IMG/VR virus record: IMGVR_UViG_3300018080_000234
Span: 1 to 51,920 of that record
Length of the DNA stretch: 51,920 bases
DNA from: a virus
Lineage: Duplodnaviria; Caudoviricetes
Strand: one strand, 5' to 3'
In this document: positions 36,473 through 46,723 of the stretch, one piece after another
Position numbering within the stretch: position 1 is the first letter of the stretch
Layout: every line of letters begins with the position of its first letter
Translations under genes and position numbers: made by a program
Notes under the pieces: model-generated
Database searches by the model: none
Told to the model about the DNA's origin: nothing
What the model saw: the letters and a program-made list of their open reading frames with translations, nothing else

Positions 36473-36885
36473 GGATTCATTTCATGGATGTTGAGCATAT
36501 AGGGTTTATCGGACGATTTGTCGTATTCCATAAAGGGCACACGTCAATCATAATGGAAAAGTACAAAGAGACGGGCTTGCCGGTGTTGATACTGATCAGG
36601 GATACATATTATGATGAAGTCAAGCCAGTGGACAGAGCGGCTGTAATTACGGCGTGGATGGATAAAAACGAGATAGAGGGTATCGTGATGGTAATACCGG
36701 ACATCAAAGGCATATATTATGGCCGTGGTGTTGGGTATGAAATCGAAGAGATCGAGGCACAAGAGGAAACAAAAACGATATCCGGGACAAGAATCCGGGA
36801 CATGATTAGAAACGGTGATTCTACATGGACAGAGTATGTTGACAAATCGATTGTTGAGGACGTGAAAAGGGCAATATGGAAATAG
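36457..36885 (+). CDS. HIGH-motif nucleotidyltransferase (cytidyltransferase-like)
   Basis: FIGRF..FHKGH and ISGTRIR motifs; YGRGVGY. Confidence 0.75.
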   Translation: MEERVRIHFMDVEHIGFIGRFVVFHKGHTSIIMEKYKETGLPVLILIRDTYYDEVKPVDRAAVITAWMDKNEIEGIVMVIPDIKGIYYGRGVGYEIEEIEAQEETKTISGTRIRDMIRNGDSTWTEYVDKSIVEDVKRAIWK

Positions 36886-37619
36886 CAATGTTCACAGTCT
36901 TATCGAAAGACTTCCTTGTCGGATACAAGGTGTTTATGAAGTCATTTCTCTATCATAATCCGTGGTTCGATTTGGATTTCATAATTCTCGATATAGATTT
37001 ACCGCAGGAAGTGAAGGGCATTTGCAAAGAGATTTACCCGAAAGTAATTTTCAGGAAGCCAGATTATAAAGCCTATGAAGATGTTAATTTTTCAGCAACC
37101 CATCAAAAGCTACAAAGTACATATTATTTTCTGGATGCTTTTTGCCAGTATGATTACGACAAGGTTGTTTCTATTGATGTTGATATGGTTATTCTGGATT
37201 CCCTTGAGCCTGTTTTTAAGGACACGGGAGACGGTATCGCAGCCTGTCCGGGGTACTCGAAAAGAAAAGATAGGATAGTAAAACTGATGAATGCCGGTCT
37301 TTTCGTGGTGGGGAAAAAATATCTCAATGAAAAGACATACATGGACTTGATTGAAATTATCAAACAGGGCTTTTCGATGCCCGAGCAGAAAACGATGAAT
37401 ATCTATTTCGACGGGAAATTCGAGTGGCTCCCGAAAAGATATAACATTGAAAAGCGCATGATGAAAACACGAAGGTACAGAAAGATTCTGTCTGGTATGG
37501 CTGGCCTGCATTTTGTGGGACTCAAGCCGTGGCAGGATCACTCGAGGTGCCCTGATAACGAAAAGGGGTATGAGAAATTTGAGGATATATGGTGGACATG
37601 GTATCACAAGAAGGTATGA
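36876..37619 (+). CDS. Glycosyltransferase family 8-like
   Basis: YDKVVSIDVDMV (DxD), NAGLFV, EQ..MN, LPKRYN, LHFVGLKPW. Confidence 0.85.
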   Translation: MEIAMFTVLSKDFLVGYKVFMKSFLYHNPWFDLDFIILDIDLPQEVKGICKEIYPKVIFRKPDYKAYEDVNFSATHQKLQSTYYFLDAFCQYDYDKVVSIDVDMVILDSLEPVFKDTGDGIAACPGYSKRKDRIVKLMNAGLFVVGKKYLNEKTYMDLIEIIKQGFSMPEQKTMNIYFDGKFEWLPKRYNIEKRMMKTRRYRKILSGMAGLHFVGLKPWQDHSRCPDNEKGYEKFEDIWWTWYHKKV

Positions 37620-38353
37620 AAGCATGTCTTTTCGCAATAATGACTGAAGATTATTTCAAGGGATTTTATGTTACCATGAAATCATTTTTGTATCATAATC
37701 CATGGTTTGATCTGGATTTCGTCATAATTGATATTAATTTGAATGAGGAAACGAAGAAAAAAATTTTAGAGATTTACCCGAAGGTTCTTTTCAGGAAGCC
37801 AAATTACGGCTTATACGAGGGTGGAAATTATGAAAAGCTATACAAGAAGAATAAGGTAAATCAGTTTTATCTTGAGTGCTTTAATTTATGTGATTACGGC
37901 AAGGTTGTTTCAATTGATCTCGATCTCCTCATTCTTGGCGATATGAGATCATTATTTTTTAATACCGGGGATGATCTGTATTGCCCGAAAGGGTTTTCGA
38001 TAAGGAAAAAACGGGTATTGAACACATGCCAGGCCGGGGTTTTTGTTGTTGGTAAAAACTATATAAATAAAGAAATTTACCTCAAACTTATTGAGTTTAG
38101 CAAGCAGGGCTTTAGATACGGCGAACAAACAGTTATCAATAAATATTTTCAAGGTCAGATTAAATGGTTACCGAAGCGATATAATGTTGAAAAAAGTATG
38201 CTAAAAATAAAAACAAAACGTCAATTGTTTAACGATTGCGTGGTGCTTCATTTTGTCGGTCTTCATCCGTGGCAAGATCACTCAAATTGTAAAGATAAAG
38301 ATAAAGGATATGAGGACCTGGAAAATCTCTGGTGGGAGTGGTATCATAAATGA
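37616..38353 (+). CDS. Glycosyltransferase family 8-like (tandem paralogue)
   Basis: Same motifs; shares MKSFLYHNPWFDLDF, LPKRYN.EK and HFVGL.PWQDHS.C with the preceding gene. Confidence 0.85.
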   Translation: MKACLFAIMTEDYFKGFYVTMKSFLYHNPWFDLDFVIIDINLNEETKKKILEIYPKVLFRKPNYGLYEGGNYEKLYKKNKVNQFYLECFNLCDYGKVVSIDLDLLILGDMRSLFFNTGDDLYCPKGFSIRKKRVLNTCQAGVFVVGKNYINKEIYLKLIEFSKQGFRYGEQTVINKYFQGQIKWLPKRYNVEKSMLKIKTKRQLFNDCVVLHFVGLHPWQDHSNCKDKDKGYEDLENLWWEWYHK

Positions 38354-39060
38354 ATATCTCTCACGCGCATAAGTTCATCTTCATTCATCCTGCCAAATGC
38401 GGGGGATCTGGCATTAGGAAAGCATTCAAGGCATCCATACAGGGGACTGGCGATTATAGCGTGCCATGGAGGCACAGCAGCCCGAAGGATTCAAGAGCAT
38501 ATATCGGGGATACTATATGGAAATCATTCTACAAATTCACGGTTGTGAGAAATCCGTTTGTGAAACTTTTAAGCTGGTATCAACACCCTATTCGATTCAA
38601 CACAAAAAAGATTGTTAAAATGAAGAAGAGCTCTGAGGCAGTGCGGAAAGAGGAAGAGGCGAGATATGGCACCATTGACGAGCTGAAAAGAGAAATTGCC
38701 TATCTGAAAGACATAAGAAATTTTCCGAAGATGATTGATTATTGGCTGACTGATGAATATCGGGAAAAGATGTCTCAAACAAGAATGAAATTCTACATAT
38801 TTGAAAACATGGTGGATTGGCTCGATGACGGTGACGGGATAAATTTCGATAGGATTATTCGAATCGAGAATCTTGAAGAGGACTGGCAGCTTATATGTAG
38901 AGAAATCGGAATCAGGTATTTGAAAGTTGTCAACAAAAACATCGGATATATCGGGCAGAGCGAATTGATTTATAAGGATTTTTATACTCCTGAGCTGGTG
39001 AAGAAAGTTTCAAAACTCTATGAGAAGGATCTGGAATATTTCGGATACAGGTTTGAGTGA
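38350..39060 (+). CDS. Sulfotransferase (Sulfotransfer_2 family)
   Basis: KFIFIHPAKCGGS, FTVVRNP, RIENLEEDW, DLEYFGY. Confidence 0.85.
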   Translation: MNISHAHKFIFIHPAKCGGSGIRKAFKASIQGTGDYSVPWRHSSPKDSRAYIGDTIWKSFYKFTVVRNPFVKLLSWYQHPIRFNTKKIVKMKKSSEAVRKEEEARYGTIDELKREIAYLKDIRNFPKMIDYWLTDEYREKMSQTRMKFYIFENMVDWLDDGDGINFDRIIRIENLEEDWQLICREIGIRYLKVVNKNIGYIGQSELIYKDFYTPELVKKVSKLYEKDLEYFGYRFE

Positions 39061-39791
39061 TGTTTGTGTCGGATAAATATAAATTCATCTTCTTACACAT
39101 GCCGAAAACAGGCGGGACGAGTGTGAGGAATGCGCTTCAAAAAATAGACATCCAGGCCAAAAAGAGAGAATGCTTTCTGCATAGCAATGCGATGTATTCA
39201 AAGGCATTTCTCGAAAAGACTGGCCGCAAATGGGAGGACTATTTCAAGTTTTCCATTGTGCGGGATCCATATCCGAGAATGGTGTCATTCTATGAGCATA
39301 TGGTAAGAATTCGCAAGAGGCATGAATTTGTATTGAATGGGTACAGGACTAAAAGGGAAAAGCTCCTCAGAGGCGAGTATCAGGACATAAGACAGACAGT
39401 GAAATTTAAGGATCTCGAATACGCGATAATGTGGGACGGTCGGGAGGTAACGAAATATAATTATGATTCGTTCGAGGATTTTATCAAGAATCCCTACTAC
39501 TGGATGCATAGACTCAATACACGGAAGATCGATTTCACGGTGAATTATGTTGACTGGCTTTCTATTGACGGGGAAATCGCTGTTGATTTCGTTATGAAAC
39601 TTGAGAATATCAAGGATGATTGGGGAATAGTTTTAGATGCAATGAAATTACCTAAAAAAAGCCGTGTTGAAATTGGTCACGACAAAAAGGGGAGTAATAT
39701 CCCTGACTGGAAGCTATATTATAACGATGAATTGACAGAAATTGTCGCAAATAGATTCAGAAAGGACTTTGAATATTTTGGATACAATTGA
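39057..39791 (+). CDS. Sulfotransferase (Sulfotransfer_2 family)
   Basis: KFIFLHMPKTGGTS, FSIVRDPY.R.VS.Y, KLENI..DW, DFEYFGY. Confidence 0.88.
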   Translation: MMFVSDKYKFIFLHMPKTGGTSVRNALQKIDIQAKKRECFLHSNAMYSKAFLEKTGRKWEDYFKFSIVRDPYPRMVSFYEHMVRIRKRHEFVLNGYRTKREKLLRGEYQDIRQTVKFKDLEYAIMWDGREVTKYNYDSFEDFIKNPYYWMHRLNTRKIDFTVNYVDWLSIDGEIAVDFVMKLENIKDDWGIVLDAMKLPKKSRVEIGHDKKGSNIPDWKLYYNDELTEIVANRFRKDFEYFGYN

Positions 39792-40320
39792 AAAAATATC
39801 TGTGCGTCGTGCTAAATTTGCGAAGTCTGGATTGGTAGATTTCTGCAATTACATTCCCGAGGAATGCAGGGGCGCAATTGCAGAGATCGGCTCATATGTC
39901 GGAGACAGCACAGAGATATTTGCTCAGTACTTTGAGAAAGTATATTCAATTGATCCATTCCTCAACGGCTATGACGACAATGATGATTCCTCTCATAAAT
40001 ACGATATGAGAATTGTCGAGGCTCAATTTGACGAGCTGTGCAAACAATATCCGAATATCCGCAAGATAAAAATGAAGAGCGAAAATGCCGTGATGCTATT
40101 TCATGATAACACTGTCCCTGTTGTTTATATTGATGCCCTTCATACATACGATGGCGTGAATGATGACATATGGCGATGGTATCCGAAAATCAGGAAGGGC
40201 GGATATCTCGCGGGACACGATTACCAGGGGCGCTTCCCCGGGGTGATTGAGGCTGTGCATAAATTCAGAAAGCCGGATGCAATATTTAGAGATACGAGTT
40301 GGGTGATTAAGATTGGATAG
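39742..40320 (+). CDS. Class I SAM methyltransferase (Methyltransf_24-like)
   Basis: EIGSYVGDST, SIDPF, VYIDALHTY, GGYLAGHDY; start uncertain. Confidence 0.85.
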   Translation: MSQIDSERTLNILDTIEKISVRRAKFAKSGLVDFCNYIPEECRGAIAEIGSYVGDSTEIFAQYFEKVYSIDPFLNGYDDNDDSSHKYDMRIVEAQFDELCKQYPNIRKIKMKSENAVMLFHDNTVPVVYIDALHTYDGVNDDIWRWYPKIRKGGYLAGHDYQGRFPGVIEAVHKFRKPDAIFRDTSWVIKIG

Positions 40321-40942
40321 ACAATGGTACAACGAGGTAAACGGCCTCTCTATAGAGGAGCAATTCAACAGGCTTTATCAGAGAAAGATGCGCCTGCGTT
40401 CAGAAGATGAGTCTTTGTGGAAAAGTGGGAATCCATTCAGGAATACCGAAGCATTGAGGAGAGAGATTCCGAAGATATTTAAGGAATTGGGAATTAGGTC
40501 GTTTGTGGATGTCGGGTGTGGTGATTTCCTATGGCTGTCAACTATCGATTGGACTGGAATTTCTTATCTCGGAATAGATATTGTGCAGGATTTAATCGAA
40601 AGGAATATACGAAAATATCCGGGGTTCAATTTCATAAAGATGAATGCAATCGAGAAGATCCCATCGAAAGCAGATATGATTTTTATCAGGAGCATTTTCA
40701 TTCACCTGGGCTTTCCCGATTCATTGAAGATTATTGAAAATGTGAAGAAGAGCGGATCGACATATATGATGGCTTCCACGCGTGAAAACAAGAAAGTAAA
40801 TTATGAGCCGGTGTGTCTCATGCTGCAGCACCAGAATTTATTGAGACCTCCGTTTAACTTCCCGAAACCGCTCATGCTCATCAAAGAGATGGATATAAAA
40901 ACGAATAATCATATGGGAGTATGGAAAGTCAATGAATTATAA
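40313..40942 (+). CDS. Class I SAM methyltransferase
   Basis: FVDVGCGDFLW, YLGIDIV, NLLRPPFNFP. Confidence 0.8.
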   Translation: MDRQWYNEVNGLSIEEQFNRLYQRKMRLRSEDESLWKSGNPFRNTEALRREIPKIFKELGIRSFVDVGCGDFLWLSTIDWTGISYLGIDIVQDLIERNIRKYPGFNFIKMNAIEKIPSKADMIFIRSIFIHLGFPDSLKIIENVKKSGSTYMMASTRENKKVNYEPVCLMLQHQNLLRPPFNFPKPLMLIKEMDIKTNNHMGVWKVNEL

Positions 40943-41531
40943 AGGCATATACGACAAGCTCTATTCTGTCGGGTATCATGACAAGGGGAAAAATCTCGGT
41001 CAACAATATGTACCATTTCTCTGTCAGCGATTCAAGTTTAAATCTGTGCTGGACGTTGGGTGTGCGAATGGGTTGTCTGTTAAATCCTTCCAGAACTATC
41101 GTAAATTTTCGTACGGAATTGATATCTCGGAAATTGCCATCAGGTATGCAACGGAGCAATATCATGTTCGGAATTGCATAGAGGGGAATGTTTTAAACAT
41201 CCCATTTCGGGACAGATTTGTCGATGCTGTTTTTACTTGTGATGTCCTTGAGCACCTTGCTCCCCATGACATACGAAAGGCGATAAAGGAAATTATTCGG
41301 GTATCAAGGAAATACCTTTTCATCAAAGTGAGCGACACCATTGAGCACAACAGGGAATTTCTCGATAAAGCCTCGCAAAAATGGGAAGAGGTCTTCATGA
41401 ATATTCCGAATCTGCACATGACCGTTTTGTCATTCAGGGAGTGGAAGGAAATTTTTCAGGGAGAATTCAAATTGAAACTTTTACATACCGAAGAGGGGCT
41501 CTGGATTTATGAATCACCAAATAAGGAATAA
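40932..41531 (+). CDS. Class I SAM methyltransferase
   Basis: VLDVGCANG, GIDIS, DVLEHL. Confidence 0.85.
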   Translation: MNYKGIYDKLYSVGYHDKGKNLGQQYVPFLCQRFKFKSVLDVGCANGLSVKSFQNYRKFSYGIDISEIAIRYATEQYHVRNCIEGNVLNIPFRDRFVDAVFTCDVLEHLAPHDIRKAIKEIIRVSRKYLFIKVSDTIEHNREFLDKASQKWEEVFMNIPNLHMTVLSFREWKEIFQGEFKLKLLHTEEGLWIYESPNKE

Positions 41532-42567
41532 AGTCTACACCGCTGATAATCGGGAGGTATTGTATCAGACTGTCTTGAGGTGTCCTGATGGCATAGTGAG
41601 ATTATATTGCAATCACTGGACGAAGGAGAATCGGACTATCTTCAGGGAAAGCAAAGACGGCATTTCATTCGACAGTGAGCTCCATGTGGTTATCAAGGAT
41701 AGTGGTGTGTCTCATAATTTTTATCCGTTTTATGATAAGAATGGAAATTTGTATGCCATAGGGGGCCTCGATAGCTGGAAACATGAGGCGAAGTGGCGGC
41801 AGGTTGACGATTACGAAGTGTTTAAAAAGATGTTTCTTGAGCGTTTTAAAACCCCCTACATCCGTGATGTGGAAAGATTCGAGATGTTTAAAAAGCGTAT
41901 CCGGGCAAAGAAGCCACTTGAGCATACGTCGGGGCTCTATCTCTTGAAATCGGAAACAGGCGTTGAATGGACAATGGCAGAGAAGGACCCGATTATCACT
42001 GCATGGCATCCGGGATTTCACTCAGCGCTTGATTGGGGCAAGTCAACCGAATTCGACGGGCATCTGAGTTGTGTATACAACCCAAGACTTGATAAATATG
42101 TGCTCTATCTCAGGAACAATATCAGGTGGGGGATTCGATATATTCAATATTCAATGTCTGACAATCTGCGTGACTGGTCACCGTTTCAAAGCGTAAATAT
42201 AGAGGGATATGACATCGACACAGAGAATTATTACTCGCCGGTCATATGGAAGCATCCGCACAGGGAGATCTATGTCGGCATGATTCCGTTTTTCTTCGAG
42301 AAAGGCGGGAAAGGCTGCATCAAGCTGATTAAATCAGAGGATGGGATAAACTTCGAGATCGCCGAGGACATCTTCCAGAGAAAGGTGAGTCTGCTTAATC
42401 TCAAGCCGAAAAGCTATTACAACGCAATCAATGGGATTCTCACAGTTGGCGACATGATATATTTTTACATTCATCATAATTATCTCGGAGTAATACCGCA
42501 TGAACCGGTAGAGATTTACAGGTATGAGATATCAATCAGGGATCTGGATAAGGCTTTAAAATGCTGA
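41509..42567 (+). CDS. Beta-propeller glycoside hydrolase-like protein
   Basis: Asp-box-like repeats SKDGISF, SETGVEW, SDNLRDW, SEDGINF. Confidence 0.55.
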   Translation: MNHQIRNKVYTADNREVLYQTVLRCPDGIVRLYCNHWTKENRTIFRESKDGISFDSELHVVIKDSGVSHNFYPFYDKNGNLYAIGGLDSWKHEAKWRQVDDYEVFKKMFLERFKTPYIRDVERFEMFKKRIRAKKPLEHTSGLYLLKSETGVEWTMAEKDPIITAWHPGFHSALDWGKSTEFDGHLSCVYNPRLDKYVLYLRNNIRWGIRYIQYSMSDNLRDWSPFQSVNIEGYDIDTENYYSPVIWKHPHREIYVGMIPFFFEKGGKGCIKLIKSEDGINFEIAEDIFQRKVSLLNLKPKSYYNAINGILTVGDMIYFYIHHNYLGVIPHEPVEIYRYEISIRDLDKALKC

Positions 42568-44021
42568 CTGAAAAACTATTCATATTCGAGATGGCAAACA
42601 ATCATCAGGGAAGCATCGAGCTTGCCAGAGGGATTATCGATGGTGTTGCCGGAATAGTTGAGAGATATGGTATTCTCGGCGCAATAAAATTTCAATATCG
42701 CGATCTTGATACATTCATCCATCCGAATTTCAGAGGGAGCGATATCAGGCACGTTAAAAGATTCGAGGAGACACGGCTTGAGCGGGAGGATTTCAAAGAG
42801 CTTGCCGAGTATGCCAGGGGGAATTTGCTGGTGATTGCCACGCCATTTGACGAAATATCCGTTGAGCTGTGTATGGAAACGGATGTCGATTATATCAAGA
42901 TTGCGAGCTGTTGTATGACTGATTGGGGGCTACTTGAGGAGGTGTCGCAGACTGGGAAAAATTTAATCATCTCCACCGGTGGGCACGGCATTGAGGACAT
43001 CGATAATGTGGTGAGCTTCTTCGAGCATAAGGATGTCGATATTGCTCTTCTGCATTGTGTGGCACTTTACCCTGCCGATCACAACATGAATATGGATTTC
43101 ATTGATAAATTGAAATCTCGTTATCCCGGTATCGATATCGGGTACAGCGGTCATGAAAGACCGGACAATCTTTTACCTGGAATTATAGCAACATCGAAAG
43201 AGGCGATGATATTCGAAAGGCATGTGGGGATTGAGAATTTGAATGATTACTCAATGAGCATCGAGCAAGCTGATCGGTGGGTGGGGACGATACTCAATAC
43301 CGCTATGAGCTGTCACATCTATGAGCGAAACGAAAAGGAAATTGAAAACATCAAGGGGCTTCAGCGTGGCGTATATGCGAACAGGGAAATAAAAGAGGGT
43401 GAGCAGATAAAGGATAATGTATATTACGCGATGCCCCGGCAATTGCAACAGCTTTCCAGTGGCCAGATGAATCAATATAGAATCGAAGTGATTGCATCCC
43501 GTGACTATGGGAAAGATGAGCCAATCTTCGAAGAGCCGAAAACGAACGATAGAATTGCGTTACTCAGGCGATATATGCACGAAGCTAAAGGCATGTTGAA
43601 TGAAGCCGGAATCAGTATCGGGGACATTTATGAGTTTGAATTTTCACATCATTATGGAATAGAGAATTTCCCGCATTATGGGGCAATTCTCATCAACATG
43701 ATTAATCGGGAATATTGTAAAAAGCTGATGATCCAATTCCCCGGGCAATTTCACCCGGAGCACATGCATAAAAACAAAGAGGAGACGTTTCATGTTCTAC
43801 ATGGAACACTTGACCTGAGGATTCAGGGCAAACTTTTTCATCTCAAGAAAGGAGACATAATCTTGATCGAGAGGCATCGGGGCCATTCATTTTCTACGAA
43901 TACCGGTGTGATATTTGAGGAGATATCCACGACCAGTATCAAGGGGGACAGCTATTATACTGACACATCAATTTATGAATCCGATCCGATTGAGAGAAAA
44001 ACGATAATGGAAAGGCCATGA
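42561..44021 (+). CDS. neuB: Nonulosonic acid synthase (NeuB-like) with SAF and C-terminal cupin domain
   Basis: FEMANNHQG, IKFQ, ATPFD, KIAS, STGG, LHCV..YP, GYSGHE, FERH; C-terminal HPEHMHKNKEETF cupin. Confidence 0.88.
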   Translation: MLTEKLFIFEMANNHQGSIELARGIIDGVAGIVERYGILGAIKFQYRDLDTFIHPNFRGSDIRHVKRFEETRLEREDFKELAEYARGNLLVIATPFDEISVELCMETDVDYIKIASCCMTDWGLLEEVSQTGKNLIISTGGHGIEDIDNVVSFFEHKDVDIALLHCVALYPADHNMNMDFIDKLKSRYPGIDIGYSGHERPDNLLPGIIATSKEAMIFERHVGIENLNDYSMSIEQADRWVGTILNTAMSCHIYERNEKEIENIKGLQRGVYANREIKEGEQIKDNVYYAMPRQLQQLSSGQMNQYRIEVIASRDYGKDEPIFEEPKTNDRIALLRRYMHEAKGMLNEAGISIGDIYEFEFSHHYGIENFPHYGAILINMINREYCKKLMIQFPGQFHPEHMHKNKEETFHVLHGTLDLRIQGKLFHLKKGDIILIERHRGHSFSTNTGVIFEEISTTSIKGDSYYTDTSIYESDPIERKTIMERP

Positions 44022-44638
44022 AAGAAGATATTATACGGAGAGAGCGCACGAAATATAATCATATTCACCAGCGCGAGAAATATGGCGCAAAAACGGGGCG
44101 GGTAAAGCAGTTTGCTCTTGCGAAAGACGGGCTGCATAAATCCGTCAAAGCCGCGCTCAAGGATTCGGAAAGCCTGATTGACATCGGCTGCGGTAAAGGC
44201 GGATTCATGGATTTTTTCAGGAATCGATATCCACATCTTGAGATCGTCGGACTTGATATTGCAGAAGAGGTGAAAAAGCACAGGCCGGATCTGAATATTG
44301 TCATTAGTGACGCCGGGCATATTCCATTTGAAGATGAGCGATTTGATTTTGTGTGTCATCAGGACGGCCTTGAGCACATACCGGAGGAGCTTCTCGAAGA
44401 CACCATGAAAGAGGAATTCCGGGTGTGTAAGAAGTATATGTATTTCACCGTCGCAACACATGAAGTCAAGCATAATGATGATATTTACCGGGAGATGGGA
44501 CTCGGAGCAATTCACATCAATATGAAAACGGTCAAAGAGTGGAAGCAGGTATTCATAAAATATTTTGCAGATAACTCTTTCAGCCGATGGATATTTGATG
44601 CTGATAAAAACTGGGTGTATGTGTATTTAGAAAAATGA
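44018..44638 (+). CDS. Class I SAM methyltransferase
   Basis: LIDIGCGKG, VGLDIA, DGLEHIP. Confidence 0.85.
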   Translation: MKEDIIRRERTKYNHIHQREKYGAKTGRVKQFALAKDGLHKSVKAALKDSESLIDIGCGKGGFMDFFRNRYPHLEIVGLDIAEEVKKHRPDLNIVISDAGHIPFEDERFDFVCHQDGLEHIPEELLEDTMKEEFRVCKKYMYFTVATHEVKHNDDIYREMGLGAIHINMKTVKEWKQVFIKYFADNSFSRWIFDADKNWVYVYLEK

Positions 44639-45324
44639 ATTTTGCAGAATACATAAAAGGAAAGCGAATCTGTTTCGTTGGTGCCTGCCCGAATATCCAG
44701 GGCATGGGAAAGGGCAAAGAAATTGATAAATATGATGTCGTTGTAAAGACGAACGGCTCGGTGCTCTTGAATTCGCCTGAATATTTCCGGGATTACGGAA
44801 GGCGGATTGATGTGCTCTATGCGAATGTGCAATTTGCCAGGGAGATGCGACCGTTACCTGTGGGGGACTTCAGGAGGCGCGGGATCAAATGGGTGTGTTT
44901 CAAGACCATAAGTGATGCTGATTTGCAATTGTATAGCAAAGAAATGAAGGTCCGCACCATCAGAAAAGTGATTAAAGTCGTGCAGCAGCAGGTCCCGGGG
45001 GCGTTGATGGGGTGTTTTATTTTTGCTGATCTCCTCAGTTTCAAGCCAAAGGAATTATATATCACTGGCGTGGACTTCTTTTTGAGCAAAAAGAAAGTTT
45101 TCGAACATGATAATTATCAAGAATATCTCAATGGGTATCTACCACCGAATATCAGGATGCAAGGGAATGAGATAAACGCAGGCAAAAAGGACGATGGCCA
45201 CAACATGCTTGAGAATACGAAGTATATTTATGGGCTGTTTCAGAAGTATAAAAATGTGAAAACAGATCCGTTTATATTCGATCTGATGCACGGAATAATC
45301 GACGGCAGGATGGTACAGACATGA
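44635..45324 (+). CDS. Sialyltransferase-like (GT29-like) protein
   Basis: KRICFVG...G.GKEIDKYDVVVKTN resembles sialylmotif L; G...D...ELYITGVDFF; H before C-terminal helix. Confidence 0.7.
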   Translation: MNFAEYIKGKRICFVGACPNIQGMGKGKEIDKYDVVVKTNGSVLLNSPEYFRDYGRRIDVLYANVQFAREMRPLPVGDFRRRGIKWVCFKTISDADLQLYSKEMKVRTIRKVIKVVQQQVPGALMGCFIFADLLSFKPKELYITGVDFFLSKKKVFEHDNYQEYLNGYLPPNIRMQGNEINAGKKDDGHNMLENTKYIYGLFQKYKNVKTDPFIFDLMHGIIDGRMVQT

Positions 45325-45914
45325 TCGCCCCGCGTGAATTCTGGGAAACATGCCGAAGCAATTACGCACACCTCAAGCCATCGTGGGAATTTGATGACAA
45401 AATGGATCGCACAACAAGGCTGAAAGAAGCATTTCTGGATCACATGGATCTCAAGGGAAAGATCGTTATTGATTACGGTTGCGGCGGAGGGTTTTTGGGC
45501 AAGTTTTTATTCAGGGAATACGGAATTGCAAAATACATTGCCATAGATATCGCAAAGAGAAGTTTACGGAAGGCGTGGGAGGTAAACAGGAAATCAGATT
45601 GTGAATATATTCTGGTGCCCGTTGAATTCAGTACCCTCGGTGCTGATGTATTCATAAGCATCGCGTGTATGCAGCATTTTCCGTCTGAAGAGTACCTGAA
45701 TGAATTTCTTGAAAACTTGAATAACAGCAATGTCAAGGCAATTGCTCTTCAGATTAAGTACGGTGACGAAACTGAATTTTTCGGGACATATGACAGAAAG
45801 GGATACGGGGTGAATTGCAGGACGAATGCAAAATATATAAGCTCATTTTTGACAAACTATAATTTCAGAGATATCGGGCGACATAATTATTTGGTGTGGG
45901 AATCGAAATGGTAA
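45321..45914 (+). CDS. Class I SAM methyltransferase
   Basis: VIDYGCGGG, YIAIDIA, CMQHFP. Confidence 0.8.
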   Translation: MIAPREFWETCRSNYAHLKPSWEFDDKMDRTTRLKEAFLDHMDLKGKIVIDYGCGGGFLGKFLFREYGIAKYIAIDIAKRSLRKAWEVNRKSDCEYILVPVEFSTLGADVFISIACMQHFPSEEYLNEFLENLNNSNVKAIALQIKYGDETEFFGTYDRKGYGVNCRTNAKYISSFLTNYNFRDIGRHNYLVWESKW

Positions 45915-46723
45915 AGATAGTTTTTGAAATAGGCATAAACCACAATGGGAAAATGGAGCTTGCGAAGAAGCTGATTGATATATCGGCATTTGCCGGTGCT
46001 GATTATGTGAAATTCCAGAAGCGCGATCCGGATACCTGTGTGTCCGAAGAGCAAAAGAAAAAAATGCGTGTCATGGAAGATGGCCGGGAAGTCACCTATC
46101 TTGAGTATCGAAAGGAAATTGAATTCGGCAAAGATGAGTATACTGAAATCGCATTTTATTGCGTTGACAGAGGCATAAAATTTTTTGCCTCCGTATGGGA
46201 CATAATATCTGCTGAATTCATGAAAGAATTTTCAGACATTGCAAAAATACCCTCGGCGAAATTGACAGATATTGAATTATTAAAATTTTGCAGGAGTGAA
46301 TTTGATTTCAGAATCTTGAGCACTGGCATGAGTATGGAAAAAGAGATTGAGAGAGCTATTGAGATTCTTAATCCGCAGGTAGTGATGCACACTAATTCGA
46401 GTTATCCTGCACGGCCTGAAAACCTGAGACTACAACATATACGATGGCTCAGGGAGAAATACAACGCCGAAATCGGATATTCCGGGCACGAATGGGGTCT
46501 CGGGACCACGTATCCTGTCATTGCTCTCGGTGCGACATGGATTGAGAGACACATTACATTGGATCATAATATGTGGGGGAGTGACCACGCTGCATCGATT
46601 GATCCTATCGGTGCAATTAAACTTGTCCGGTCCGTGAGGGATATCGAGAAAGCTCTGGAATTGGGATATTCTCCCCGGGAGATATACCCAGAAGAGGAAG
46701 AGAAGAGGGCAGCATTGAGATGA
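45908..46723 (+). CDS. neuB: Nonulosonic acid (NeuAc/KDN-type) synthase
   Basis: EIGINHNG, VKFQKR, ASVWD, KIPSA, LSTGMS, MHTNSSYP, GYSGHE, IERHITLD..MWGSDH. Confidence 0.92.
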   Translation: MVKIVFEIGINHNGKMELAKKLIDISAFAGADYVKFQKRDPDTCVSEEQKKKMRVMEDGREVTYLEYRKEIEFGKDEYTEIAFYCVDRGIKFFASVWDIISAEFMKEFSDIAKIPSAKLTDIELLKFCRSEFDFRILSTGMSMEKEIERAIEILNPQVVMHTNSSYPARPENLRLQHIRWLREKYNAEIGYSGHEWGLGTTYPVIALGATWIERHITLDHNMWGSDHAASIDPIGAIKLVRSVRDIEKALELGYSPREIYPEEEEKRAALR

